Source: Bugula neritina | Lineage: Eukaryota > Animalia > Bryozoa | Assembly: GCA_964035545.1 (NCBI GenBank) | Contig: OZ037767.1 | Coordinates: 4,170,707 to 4,234,706, forward strand | Direction: 5' to 3' | Length of the DNA stretch: 64,000 bases | Shown here: positions 1-13,000 of the stretch, piece by piece | How the letters are laid out: every line of letters begins with the position of its first letter | Numbering within the stretch: the stretch's first letter is position 1 | The notes under the pieces: model-generated | The model's database searches: none | What the model was told of the DNA's origin: nothing | Seen by the model: only the letters and a program-made list of their open reading frames with translations | Made by a program: the position numbers and the translations under genes

Positions 1-2280
1 ATAAATGTAAGGAGTTTTCTATTACAGACATTTTATGTTTTCATCATTTTTGCTAAAATGATTTTCATGTATCACTGTAACCATGCTCTCCCAGAGAATA
101 AATGAGTTGTTATTGCTGATGTGTTATTTTATTATTCTAACCATCATCATAAAACTTCAAAGTAATTAACAATAATGGATAAAAAATATGCAAATATAAC
201 TAAAATAATGTTTTATTCAAAGTACAAGTAATTTAACAAGAATCTCCATGCACAGAATTGAAATTAATTGAAATTAATTAATTAATTAATTTAATTTAAT
301 TAAAATTGACATTAATAAATAAGCCTAAAAACATGATAAATAAAGCATACCTCTTTCACCTTCCCAGGAGTGAGTTAGTTAGAATATATATGTGTGTAGA
401 TATCATATGAATCTAAGTTTGAAAGTACAAACCAAAGTTCTTGCTGAAGGTTTAAAACGGAACTGGTCCTTTTAGAAAACAGCTGAAATAATGGAATATA
501 TTGATAATTCACCCTAATGCAACCTGTGACACCACAGTGGCATCTGGATTACACGCATCCTATTTCTATAGGAAATCTATTCTATTTCTATTTCTATTTC
601 TTTTGTTATACAAGTCTTTCAATTTGTTTAATAAAAGGGACATATCCTATGCTTAAATATGTAGTAGCTACTAAATAAACAGCTCTGCAAACAAACAATT
701 AGAAGAAAAAAGAAGCTTTATACCCTAGGGCCTAGAGCCTAGAAAATTGCAATCACCATTGGGTATAAATTGTTGAAATAGAACGTGATCATAAAGGTTA
801 GTGGTAGATGGTGTTCCTTTCATTACAACACAAAGAGGATATTTGGGAAAATAATCACTAGTTTCTAATCTTCGTGTGGCTGCAAAATGTTTTGGAAACA
901 GTTGCATGAATGAAACAACAACCATATATGTTAATGCAGATTGCAACCCAATTTCATCATATGCCAAAGTCATGGAAACGCAGTGAAAATAATCCGTTAA
1001 ATTTAGTCTAATTTTCGAGTTGACTCCCACCACTATGCACCATGAGAAGAATTAACAGTTGCTCAAATATTGCCACTATAACTGGCTAGCTGCATGTGGG
1101 AGTATTCAACTTTTATTAATAATTTTCATAAACTTACAATAACATAGACACTTGTTTGTTTAACATAATTTACCCACGTCTATTGCAGTTCATCTTGTCA
1201 ACATTTGCTATAATTCAAATTTATAACCACATTGCATTGCTGCTGAATATTGAACACATTGGCAGCACCGTTTGAGGTCAGCAAAAAGAGCCAGAAATGG
1301 TAATAATTGCAGAAGGAAAATCTGTAGGCAGTTGTCTTCTAAGAAGTTCTGAAGTTAGGATAAAATCCTTTGTTTTAAATATTCAACTGGCATATTTTCA
1401 AAAAGCATTCAAACAGGAATCCAGGCCTTTTTCATCAAACAAGATGATGTGATACATGTGTCCTGCATATTGACCTCCATTCAACAAAAGTTAATATTTA
1501 ATCAGCAAATAGAGTATGTTAGTTATTACTTCTCAGTCAGTCATGCACACACATAAATCTTATAGCTATTATCAGGTGAAGCATTTCCAGTAGTAACAAA
1601 TACTGTTATTGCGAGAGTTTAGCTGACGTAAAAATGTTGTATGTTTAGAACTTGTGTATATCCACACAGAAAACCTTATTCCTTAGAATATCATTTGTAA
1701 TTGATATATACCTATACTACCATAGCACCTGGTTGATAATAACACTGTAATGAAGATTTTATGTATTTCAATTTAGATATGCTTTTGCAGAAGGATTAAT
1801 GAATAGGAGATTTTTTCAGAAATTTTTTTTCAAGTCATAAAATCGCCCTAATATTTATATATGTGGTTATTAATAGCCCTACAAATATAATGCTATGCCA
1901 ATTACTACTCCATGTTACATATACTACGACTAAAGGGGATTGCAACCAGCATATTAAATAGCAATACTTACATAACTTTCATAATTTTGTTATTTATACT
2001 CGTATATTAATTTATTATATTATGCAACAAATGCGAATTGTATAATATTACATCAATACTATGTTATTTTATAATATATTATATTGTACTTTACTATATT
2101 ATATCATCTAGCTTACATTATATTGCATAATATTATAGAATATTATATCACTACAATATTATTTTGCTGATTGATTGTCACATGTGACTTCTCTTTAGAT
2201 TAGCAACAAGAGAGTGGACAACATGTTTAGTATTGTTAGCATATAATATTAAGTTCATAGCAGTCCTTGATCTGCTGTTG

Positions 2281-3881
2281 TTATATGCCTGCCGCAGACG
2301 GAGGTCTTTCAGCCATGTGTTTCTTTATTCTTTCATCAGCTTCAAACTTGGCTGCGAATTCCTTAACCCACGGAGTGATAGTCATGATATCAGGGTAGAT
2401 AACTCTACTCGATTCCAGAGCTGCGTACAACCACACATCTCCCAGCTGGATCTACAAGGCAGAAGAAATCAAGGCTAATCGAGCTCAAAAATGTACATTT
2501 TTGAAATCGATAGGACATAATGGCCAAAAACAAACTAATGGTTTACAATAATTAGTCAATCTGACTACATAGGGTTCACTCATACTATTGGCTGTTAAAA
2601 TTATAAAAAAGCCCAGAACTATGGTTAACATATTAGTCATCATGCTTTAAGGCTTTAAAATTAGTTTAATAAATCTAACAGTGCAATTTTAGATGGGTTT
2701 TATTTGGATTTTCCCAGAATTTAGGTAAAATTGAGGTATTTTAGAACTTGTCATAGCAGGATTTACAAACTTTTCAAACCTGCTAAAATGGTTATAATCT
2801 ACCTGGGTTTTAATGCTATAAATTAAGTAACTTTATTTTACATAATTATCTTTGACATGGGTTATGGTTAAAACTAATATTTCTAATTCCAAAAGTCAAA
2901 AAATGATCTTAATATCTAAAATTATTCAAAAATATTAAAGTTCCACTTTTTGCGCTCATAGATTCAACTCTAACTCAAAAGAATTAACACTGGCACATCA
3001 CTTACTTGATCACAGAGTATGAATTTCTTTCCTCTCCTCTCGGCTATTGTCTGGATGTAGTTAACGTGTTTAATGATAGTCTGCCTGACCTCTTCTAAAA
3101 CTTTTTCCGGGTCTTCTGGTTCAGGCACTCCTTTAAATATCTTCCATAGAAATATCTTAGCAATCACCCCTGACTCGTAAAACTCTTTCACAGTTTCCAT
3201 CACCAAGTCATTGAGTGTCTCGTCCCACTGGGTTGATCCAATCAGACCAAACCTCCTCCCCAGATATCTGGCTATTACATTAGACTGACAGAGTACTCCA
3301 TCTTCAGTGGTTAACACAGGTACTTTGCCCAGAGGTGTGCCTACAATAATTATAGCACATTGGAAACGTCTCATGCAGTAACTGTAAATTCATAGATAAC
3401 TTCTTTAGACAGAAATGAAAAACTTTCTTTTCTACAGTTTAATTTAGTGTCAAATGCTGTGCATGTGTTGCCATTCAATGCCATATCAATAAGACAAAGT
3501 TTAAATAGAGCTGCATGTAAGCACTGCAAATCTTATAAAGTTTAGTTGGAGGAACTTTGAGTTGAAAGTTTCATAGGTTCTAACCAACTCAACTAGAAGT
3601 TAAATATGTTGATAGCAATGATATAACACCAGCTTATTAGATATATGCTTATTGAGCAGCTGCTCCAGATATGTTGTAGTAACATATAGTATAGTTTGAG
3701 TATGGCAGTCAACCTGCACTATAGACTAAGTGTCCAACAACTTACTTGGCTTAAGAGAGGGCCACTCTGCAAACCCCATTCTCTGGTCATCCAATTCCTT
3801 GCCCGCTAGAGCGTATAACATTCGAATTGCCTCTCCACGGGCTCTGACATCAAAGTACAAGTGTTTATCCTGTTGAGCCAT
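2281..3881 (-). CDS. Glutathione S-transferase, sigma-class-like (paralogue 1), 213 aa, 3 coding exons
   Basis: Exons 3881-3746, 3340-3006, 2451-2281 with GT-AG ends and matching phases (642 nt). Motifs LYFDVRARGE (catalytic Tyr), TPLGKVPVL (cis-Pro loop), QSNVIARYLG, LGDVW. Confidence 0.93.
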
Positions 3882-6839
3882 TATTCTACAGTGAAAGAGT
3901 TGTCTTCTCAGTTTCAACTTGTTCTTATATGCTCAAAGATATTATATCGAATGGTTCTATAACCAGCTCCGAGTTAGTGGTGAAAGACGATTTTAGTTGG
4001 GGGGTCTCGCATTTGGAGTTATGTCGTCAACTCTAAACTCAAGACCCCTAAACTCAGTCACCATCAATTCATAACTGCTTATAAACGATTCTATTACTTT
4101 ATGACTCTAGCAATGAAAATCTATACAAAATATAGTCTTTAACAAGCCATATGCTGTAATATTGCAAATTACGGTCACTATAGCTTTCAGTTCACAAAAG
4201 CTGCTCTAAAAACATGATTGCACCATCAAGCACTCATCATAGAAAGACTGCTATTGTCTCGGAAGCCAGTGACAGTTTCAATTAGTAAATAAGAATAAAA
4301 AGGTGAACTTTAAACTACTTACAAGTGTTTTAGCTTGTGTTATCTCAGCATGAGAAGGTGAACTAATCTCTAGAACACTTAAAACTGGCCTTTATATGTA
4401 AGATAGTGGTGTGATTGGTATGCACATCAAATGATCATGACTTGCACAAATTGTCTTTTCATTGTGGTTGCAGAACTTTGAATGGCAGAAGTTAAACAAA
4501 TTAATGGGTTGAATGTTTATTATCACTGAAATATACTGATCTCACTTTAAATTCTAAACCAAAATGAAATATGTATTTGTCACTAAATACTTTATGAATT
4601 TTGTCATTAAATACTTTATGAAACTTTACGAATTTATGATTAGTTAGGAATAGACCTGCCCAACTCCACCTGTCTTGTTCCAAGACCCACAAGGTCATGA
4701 GACATACACTGGCTTGGATTGCTGAAAAAAGTTTTAATTTAGCAGTTTATTATTGAAATATTTCCCACCTCCATCAAAGTTTTTCACTGTGTAAGAGTTG
4801 CAATGAGACAATGTGAGAAACTAGCCTAACTTTAAAGTTTATAAAGTCTGAAATTTCAAGTTCTAAACTTCTTAGTTAACAAGCTGTGTAAGGATGTCAC
4901 AGCTAGTAGAGTTGTGACTCTCAGTCAAGAGGTTGGAGTTTGAATATCAGCTGAGTCATTTCTCGAAAAAATGTTTTCTCTAAGCTCTGCATCTGTATCG
5001 TGTATGACCACCCATGTATAAAAAACCCACATCTGCTTCTTACATAAAGAGTAACCAAATAACAGCTGAGATTCTCTGGAAAACTTTAATTCTTAGTTCT
5101 GGTCAGTTTGAAGATTCTATACTAAATTTATCTAATATTTTTTGGACCAATCTAGGTCTAGGATCAAAACCTAGCTGTCTTTACTTCATAGAATCTACGT
5201 GGAGTTATAGCATCATGGCATCTGCAAGGAGCGTATATTATATTATGCTCCTTGAATATTATGGTTTGTTAAAAGCACATGCCTTGCAAAATCTTTTGAT
5301 GACATGCCAGTCACTACTCTGCCGGCAGTTAGCAATGCTGACAGCTCTATGAGTTATATAAACTCAACTAGCTGCTTATAGTTTTGCTTTCATATTTCAA
5401 GAAAATTATAGTCTAAACATAGCTTTTGAAAGACAAATGTGTTCTGTGTTTTGAAGATGTTATTTGCAGCATTGCATGTGATGATGCAACGCATGAGTAG
5501 ACAGATCAGTTGAATAAATAATATGTAGAGCCTAAATGTTTTGCAATAATAATTATCTATAGCCAGTCCCATGTCAGCTTTTTGATAAGTTAGCCACTAT
5601 AAGTATTCTTATTCGGTTTCACGATATTATAATGACATGGCAAAAAAGCAAGATTCCTAAAATAGCTTTTATTATTGCATTTTCATGTGACCATCAATTT
5701 GTTTCACTGCGTGAACATTGCCTTTCCAGAATTTTCTGCAATTTTGTATCACTGCTAATGTTCTAACAGACTAATAAGAGTTAGTGTATTTGTTAGAATA
5801 TACACCCTTCAAATCTTGTATAAAAGTTAGTATAAGGACAGCCTTTTTTGGAAAATCAAATATACAAATAATTTATTTCTACTATAGTTCAATGATATCA
5901 TTATTAACTTTTATGGTAAATCAAACTCCAAAATTTTTAGAAGAACTTAGATCTTTATAAGAACATCAAACTTATAACGTACTGGCTCTTGCATGGCACC
6001 TTTGATAAGTAAAATAAAATGGTAAAATGGAACGGCTGTAGCAGAATCAACTTGAAACTGCTGATAATTTCATCTGCTATGAATTTTATAAAATTGTAGA
6101 TTTTTTGTCAGAAATCAGTTTGATTTACATAATAAAAACATGTAAACTACCAAAAATATGCACATCTTCTAAATAATTTTTTCCTAATTTATTTGTTAAT
6201 GCAAGATATCAAAACATTTCCATACGGTTACAGAACAATAACCTCTGAATTTACAGCTTGGTGCGATAGAAAAATGCTAAATAAGAACAAAAATAATACA
6301 ATGTAAAGCAAAAACATGGCTACAGAGGTTCAGAAGCTATAAAGTGAACAAAAACAGAAGTAAAAATATCATACCATCTGGTGAAACTACCAGTTCTGTG
6401 AACCAAACAGAAGATCAGGGAGAGGTGCTGGTAGAACAGGACAAGTCAGAGTACGAAACAAGTTACAAAATTTCTATTCATTTAAATCCCAACATTATTT
6501 TCTCAGAACCAAGCATTAAATATGAAGTAAAATGAGACCATACCATAAAAGGGGAGCTGACAGATGTAGTTCATACTGAACACTGGTAAAAGTTAGAAGC
6601 AGCTGCTATAGTAGAGTATAAACATTTTGCATGGTTAAAGTAATTTCAGTAAACAGTGCTTCTAAGAAGAGGCAGAAGGATTTTTGCTGACTTGCGGAAG
6701 ATTCTGGAACAACTTGTCATAAGATGTTGCTATGTTGTTTCCATTATTAAATTGCAAAATCATTGCTATAATTAAAATAAATAGCAAAAACCACATATGG
6801 TCAAATATTTGTATTTGTTTATGAGTATCGGAGCTTTAA

Positions 6840-7608
6840 AGGATTGCTCTATCTTGTCTAATAAATGGCCATTTAGGTCAAACACATATAATATTGTGTT
6901 TTTCTAAGCATGCATTGACAAAAAGCATTTGACCAAAGGTAGAAAAAGTTAGTTGAAGTTGAGGGTGTAGATTGGTAACAGCCAAAACGCCGATTTTGAA
7001 ATGAGCTGGGAAGTGTGACGTAACAGCGCCAGCATTCCTGCTGGTCACGTGACTATACAAATGAATAACTATAGAAATATGACTGTGAGATGTAATCTTT
7101 TAGCTTGCAATTTGTATATTTATAGAAGTGTAAATGTGAATTATCTCAATCTATAGTTTTTTGACATTTTAAATAACATGTATGTGAAAACATTAGGCTA
7201 TATTTTGCTTGTAAACATTAGAAAAAAGCCTTGCAAAAGCATGCATTCTTTAGGATGAATGCTTGCGATCGATCTAAACTAAGTCAGATCGTGCAATATT
7301 ACGGGCACACCAAAGCTGACCTATATAGCGCACTGTAACTGCTTGAGCGTAATTGGTTGATGTTGTGCCCAGCAACCTTGAATACTAGCGTTATAGTTAG
7401 CACGTGCAGCATAGTTACTGGCGTTCACACGTCACGTATTAGGCTATTCTTTTTCATGGCTGAAAATTTTACCTCCCTCAAAATTGGAATTTTGAAAAGC
7501 TGTTTTCTAGGCATATATCCCTTTGCAAAGTCACAATTGTTTGCATACACATTAGATTATAGTTTATAATTATAATGTGATTGTAATAAACTAAGATAGA
7601 GCAATCCT
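6840..7608. mobile_element. Non-autonomous DNA transposon (MITE), Kolobok-like, 769 bp
   Basis: Perfect 16-bp terminal inverted repeats AGGATTGCTCTATCTT / AAGATAGAGCAATCCT, flanked by TTAA (6836-6839 and 7609-7612). A TTAA target duplication with purine termini fits Kolobok better than piggyBac. No transposase ORF. Confidence 0.8.
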
Positions 7609-7837
7609 TTAAATCAAAATATTTCCATGACTCATCCTTGCAAAATTAAGTTTTCACCTGTTTCTATACAATAGTGTAGATATAATATGCAATCATCGCA
7701 TTCTTGGACGTTTCTAGAAGGTTTCATGAATGATTTGATATGGTCCAGTAACTTCCGCACCGATGACTTGCAATTTAACATGCTATGCAACTATAGGATG
7801 ATCACTTTATCATGAATGCCATGCACCTTACACTTTT

Positions 7838-7930
7838 TGTATATAAAGCAGAATTCTGAACTTAAGAGCACCATATTCAACATTTGAAGTGAACTGTTAT
7901 CATCGTGTATATCAAGAATTGCAGGTAAAA
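7838..7930 (+). promoter_or_regulatory. Putative TATA box and non-coding first exon of GST paralogue 2
   Basis: TATATAAAG near 7840, donor CAG|GTAAAA at 7925, and acceptor TTTTTCATAG just upstream of the ATG at 8103. Confidence 0.45.
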
Positions 7931-8102
7931 AACACTAATTTCAGTGAATATAACATTTACTTCAACTTATTGACTACACTCAGCTATATGCTTTTTCTCT
8001 GCGTTTGTTGAAGTGACATAGTTACATTAGACATGTATATTATATATAAATTAGACATGTGTACATTATACATTAAGGAACAACTTTTTTCATAGCATAA
8101 GA

Positions 8103-9711
8103 ATGGCAGAGCAAGACAAACTTCTGTACTTTGATGTCAAAGCGAGAGGAGAAGCTATCCGAATGTTGTACGCTGTCGCAGGGAAGGGTCTGAATGACCG
8201 GAGGATCAGCTTTGAAGAATGGCCTCCTCTTAAAGCAAGTAGGTTTACCAAAACTCAAATATTTAGTATACTTTAGCTATAAATATAAACTACTGTTATA
8301 AACCTATCCAACCTCCATTTAAAGAGTCCCTGACACACTCCATTTAAACAGCATTAAAATATTAACATATATCTTAGTTATCACCTTTTTTGAAGGTTGT
8401 ATGCTAAACAATTTCGTTTTATAATAGATTCTTTGCTCATGCTGGCGATATTTATAGTCAACTCTGAAGTTCCGTGGTTTTATATATTATAGCTAATAGT
8501 AATTATTGCTCACTTTCATTATATTATACTAGCTTAGCTGTTGCAACATAAAGCTTAATCACTGAGCTGGCTTACAAATGCATGAATGAAATGTGTCAGA
8601 AATCTTTTAAATTATCAGCCTAATATAATTCTGAAATAACTCCATAAAAATGACTCTATAACTCATTCGAAGCTATTAACCCATAAATTGACTTTAAATT
8701 GTCAAGAAGTTATTAATTAATGCAAGGAGCCAGTCAAAGGTGTATCAAAGTTGTATCCTAGGTCACCCCATGCCATCAATGAGCTTGCACTATCTAAAGG
8801 AATTATCCTCCTGCAACGCCACTGTAGAAAGTATTTCTAATAACATAATAATTGTTGTAGGTACACCACTGGGCCAGATACCTGTGTTAACCACTGAAGA
8901 TGGTGTACTCTGCCAATCTAACACAATAGCCAGATATCTGGGGAGAAAATTTGGTCTGATTGGATCAACCCAGTGGGACGAGACACTCAATGACTTGGTG
9001 ATGGAAACTGCGAAGGAGTTTTGTGAGTCAGGAGTGGTGGCTAAGATTTATCCATGGAAATTGTTTAAAAAAGCTCCTGAACCAGAAGACTCCGAGAAAA
9101 TCGTAGAAGAGGTCAGACAGACTATTATTAAACACGTTAATTACATCCAGTCAATAGCCGAGAGGAAAGGAAAGAAATTCATACTCTGTGATCAAGTAAG
9201 TGATGTGCCGGTGTTAATTCTTTTGAGTTAGAGTTTAATCTATGAGCATAAAGCGAGAGTTCAAATTTTCTAGTTATCTAGTCAATAGCAGAAAGAAATT
9301 TATACTTTGTAATGGAAGTGCTATTTAATTTAATACTACTTGGACATTTGGACAAGCAGGAAACAGTAAATTTGACCCTTGTAGTGCAAATTGTACATTA
9401 TTGATCGGCAAATTAAAGTTTTCAATAGCAAGGTGTGATCAAGAACAAAAGCTCCCCCATAGTTATGGTCATGGGTATGGCGTTGTCCATACCAATTTAA
9501 TCATCACCAAGCTCAATGATTAATTTGCTGTATTTTGTAGATTCAGCTAGGAGATGTGTGGTTATATGCAACACTAGAGTTCTGTAAAATAGGAGTACCT
9601 GATATCATGACTATCACTCCATGGATAAAGGAATTCACAGCTAATTTTGAAGCTGATGAGAGAATGAAGAAATACCTGGCTGAAAGACCTCCGTCTGCAT
9701 TGGGAGTCTAA
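8103..9711 (+). CDS. Glutathione S-transferase, sigma-class-like (paralogue 2), 213 aa, 3 coding exons
   Basis: Exons 8103-8238, 8861-9195, 9541-9711, the same lengths as paralogue 1 (136/335/171). Motifs LYFDVKARGE, TPLGQIPVL, QSNTIARYLG. Confidence 0.93.
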
Positions 9712-10078
9712 ATTTATTTTGCATGCATTAAACAAGACTTTTTACTTCAACCAATTTTAGAATACAGTTTATTGTTATAAAGTTAATTATTGCTATAAAA
9801 GTTATTATTAAACTTTTTTAAGGAATTTAACGAATAAAAGTATTATTTACATTATACATCAACAATTGAAACTATTTAAAACAGCAGCATATGTTAGATA
9901 AGTTACACTGGTCTTTGCAAAGTATTACCGAAGCAAATAAAGTCTAAAATCAAAGCTATTCTCGTAAAATATTGCAATTTAAACTTTACAAGTTTTAAAA
10001 GCAATCAGGAGCACAACTGCAATTAATTAATGTGTTGCTATGAGTCAAATTTGGTAGTTTGTAAAACCTAGAGGTGTT

Positions 10079-13000
10079 TTAATCAGATGGCAGTTCATCT
10101 AACTGTTTCCTGGTAACTGTAAAGTTATGGTTGAGCTGGGGGTCATAATGCAGACTATATCTAGAGCCAAGGGCACCTGATTTAGTTGCCATCTCATAGT
10201 GTACATGTTTAATCCTGGAGTGTAACAGTGACATGGCACACCTGTGTAAAATGCAGGTAGAATGATATTGTGTGGTATAAGTTGAAAATTTAGAATGGAA
10301 AAAAAAGCAAGTTCAACAACCAACTTAGAATATTTCTAGCAATAAATAAGACATGTGATGAATATTGAAGGCACATAAATAAAAATTACCAGGAGTTCAT
10401 ATTTAAACCTTAAAAATAAGCCACTTTATTGAACAAATGAGAGCTGGTTTAAAAATTAACTTAATTTGAGCTCATTAAAATAAAATATAAAAAGTAAGAG
10501 AGGCATTGTGTTGTTTTAAACCAGATTTAACATCGTACTTTATCTTATAGTAAAAAGAGCATGTACATTTCACATAAAGGTTTGTGCTGGTAATCTTCCA
10601 GTCTAGTATGAATAACTAAATGCTCAACAAGAAAAAATCATTAGAAACTAACATAGTGCAGGGCTCGTGAGTGAGATAGGCTGTGTACCCAGTGCAAATG
10701 TAGTCTTCCTCTCTACTCGCTTCCATCTTTTTCTTCTTAGCCTTAGGACTAGCAGGTGAAATATTGCTGTAAGCAAAGTGATAAATTATAGAATAATAAA
10801 TGTCACTAAAAGTCCTACAAGCCAACAATGATATTGCTAGGCACATGGGGGTCGACTAAAAGTATAAATTAGCCTCGGCAGTCAAATCATGCATAATAAA
10901 TCAGAATAAATTGATAATTTAAACTTGGAATTGAGCAAATCATCATACTGCCATTCAAAAAATACCATAAATTGCTGTCAGAATTTTTTTGGCTTTAGTC
11001 GGTACATTCGACATGGCGGAAATTAAAAAACAGTAAATCCTTGCTTGAAATTTCCAAACTTTGATAGAAACGATTGACTCTATTAACTACTAGTCTATAT
11101 TCAATAATATTGATTACAGGTAATATTAATCCCATCGAATATATACTTCGTTGACAGAATTGGGCAACTAATCCAGTGCTAATCTCACGGAATACAAACT
11201 CCAATGTAAACCACCTGTGAGCGGAAGGACATAAGACTAGAATTGTGTCAGATAATCTTGGTGGTAAGCAGGGGCAATGCAACCTTGTGGTTGGTTGAAC
11301 TTTTGACAGGAACTGATTATTGGCTGTGATGACCAAACAATTGATAACTTATTACTTTCAATCAAATCAAAGCAGCCTTAAAAGTTGTACAAAAGTATGT
11401 GATATATAAAAAACCTGAAAACTGGCACATGTGTTTTCAGTGCTCGCCAGCTTAGCTTTAAATTTGTTTTTTACTAATAAATACCAATCTACAACACTAA
11501 GATGCAACAGCACCCTATTAGCTAGAGGTAGGTGCAGTAATGGTGAAATTGAGAAAAGCCTGTGTTCTAGATTAGAAATTTGTAGCAAAAGAAATTATGT
11601 TCTCACAAGAATTTCAACCCGAGCCCCAACCAAAATCAATAAAGAAATTTGAAGAACTGAGGCTATCTCAATTTATCCACTACTGCTACTAAATGATTAG
11701 TTACTCATACTGACTAGATACTGACTCTAACCGACTAGATACTGACTAGATGCTGACTCTAACCGACTAGACAGTGACTTGAGCCAGTTTACCAGAACAT
11801 ACATACCTGCAATACTGAGAGGTAATATGAGCCGTGCTTGACCACGCCCCTCCACCCTGCTGATGAGCTACGCTGTCAATAGCTACCATTACAGAGTGTT
11901 TGAGAGGATGAGCATCGGACATTGAGTAACCAACTCCCATGACTTTCTGGCTATTTGCGTCTGCTATTACAGCACCACACTACAACATGAGTTGCTATTA
12001 CAGCGCCACACTACAACATGAGTTGCTATTACAGCGCCACACTACAACATGACTTGCTATTACAGCACCACACTACAACATGACTTACCATTACAGCGCC
12101 ATTTTATAACGTGGCTTATTACTACAGCGCCACATTGCAACAAGAGTTGTTATTACAGCACCACAGCATGACTTGCTATCACAGCACCATACAATAGCTT
12201 AGGGGACTATTGAAGTACCACACTAACACAGTTAATTGCATAAATTAAAATCTTAATATACAGTATCAGCCAACACATCAGGGAGCAATAACATCATATA
12301 GAAAGCTCCGTGTACTTTGGAAGTTGTGCAACTCAAACTAAATATTAGATATCTTGCTGGGCTAAAGATTATCACAGTGGAAGTTGTAATGTACTAACAA
12401 ACACAATGTAGATATATGCCTCGTAATGAATCGAAAAGCATCACTTGATGGCAACTCATGAACATGTAAATCTAGCAATCTACCCTCATGTTTGTACAGA
12501 AACTTTACTCACTTTAAAACCACCTTTACTATGCTTGGACAGCTGATGGGCCAAATCTATGCACTTTTTATCAAACTCCGACATAGCAACCAAACCCAAT
12601 TTTTTCTCCAACCTAAAAAGATTAAAAACTGATATAAAATAACAATAATAGCCAATCTGATGATTATTCTTTAGCATGGCGTAAACTTAGCTTTAGATCA
12701 TTGATTTACTAAGCAAGCTTACTCTTGATCTTCATGAAAGAACGTAGGCCACAGTTTGCAAGCCTCATCATATTGAGCTCGAGTTACAGGCTGTCTGGAG
12801 GCAGCTTGACAATGGTAGGATTCGGCAGCTACGGCATCAGACGGTATACCAGTGTCCTTGAGTATAGTGCGGTGACAGGAGGCTGTCGGGTCAGCCGTGT
12901 CAGCGACAGCACAGAGTAAGACATGTAGTGTCTTTCTACCTGTGAATAAGTGTGAAGAAGTGAAACAAGATAGAGGAGTTAAATAAAATTTTTCAAATAT

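Noticed and set aside
700-1490. Possible decayed transposon coding sequence (102-aa ORF; RRQLP motif reminiscent of a Helitron helicase)
   Set aside because: Multiple stops and only a few matching residues. No family can be supported by eye.
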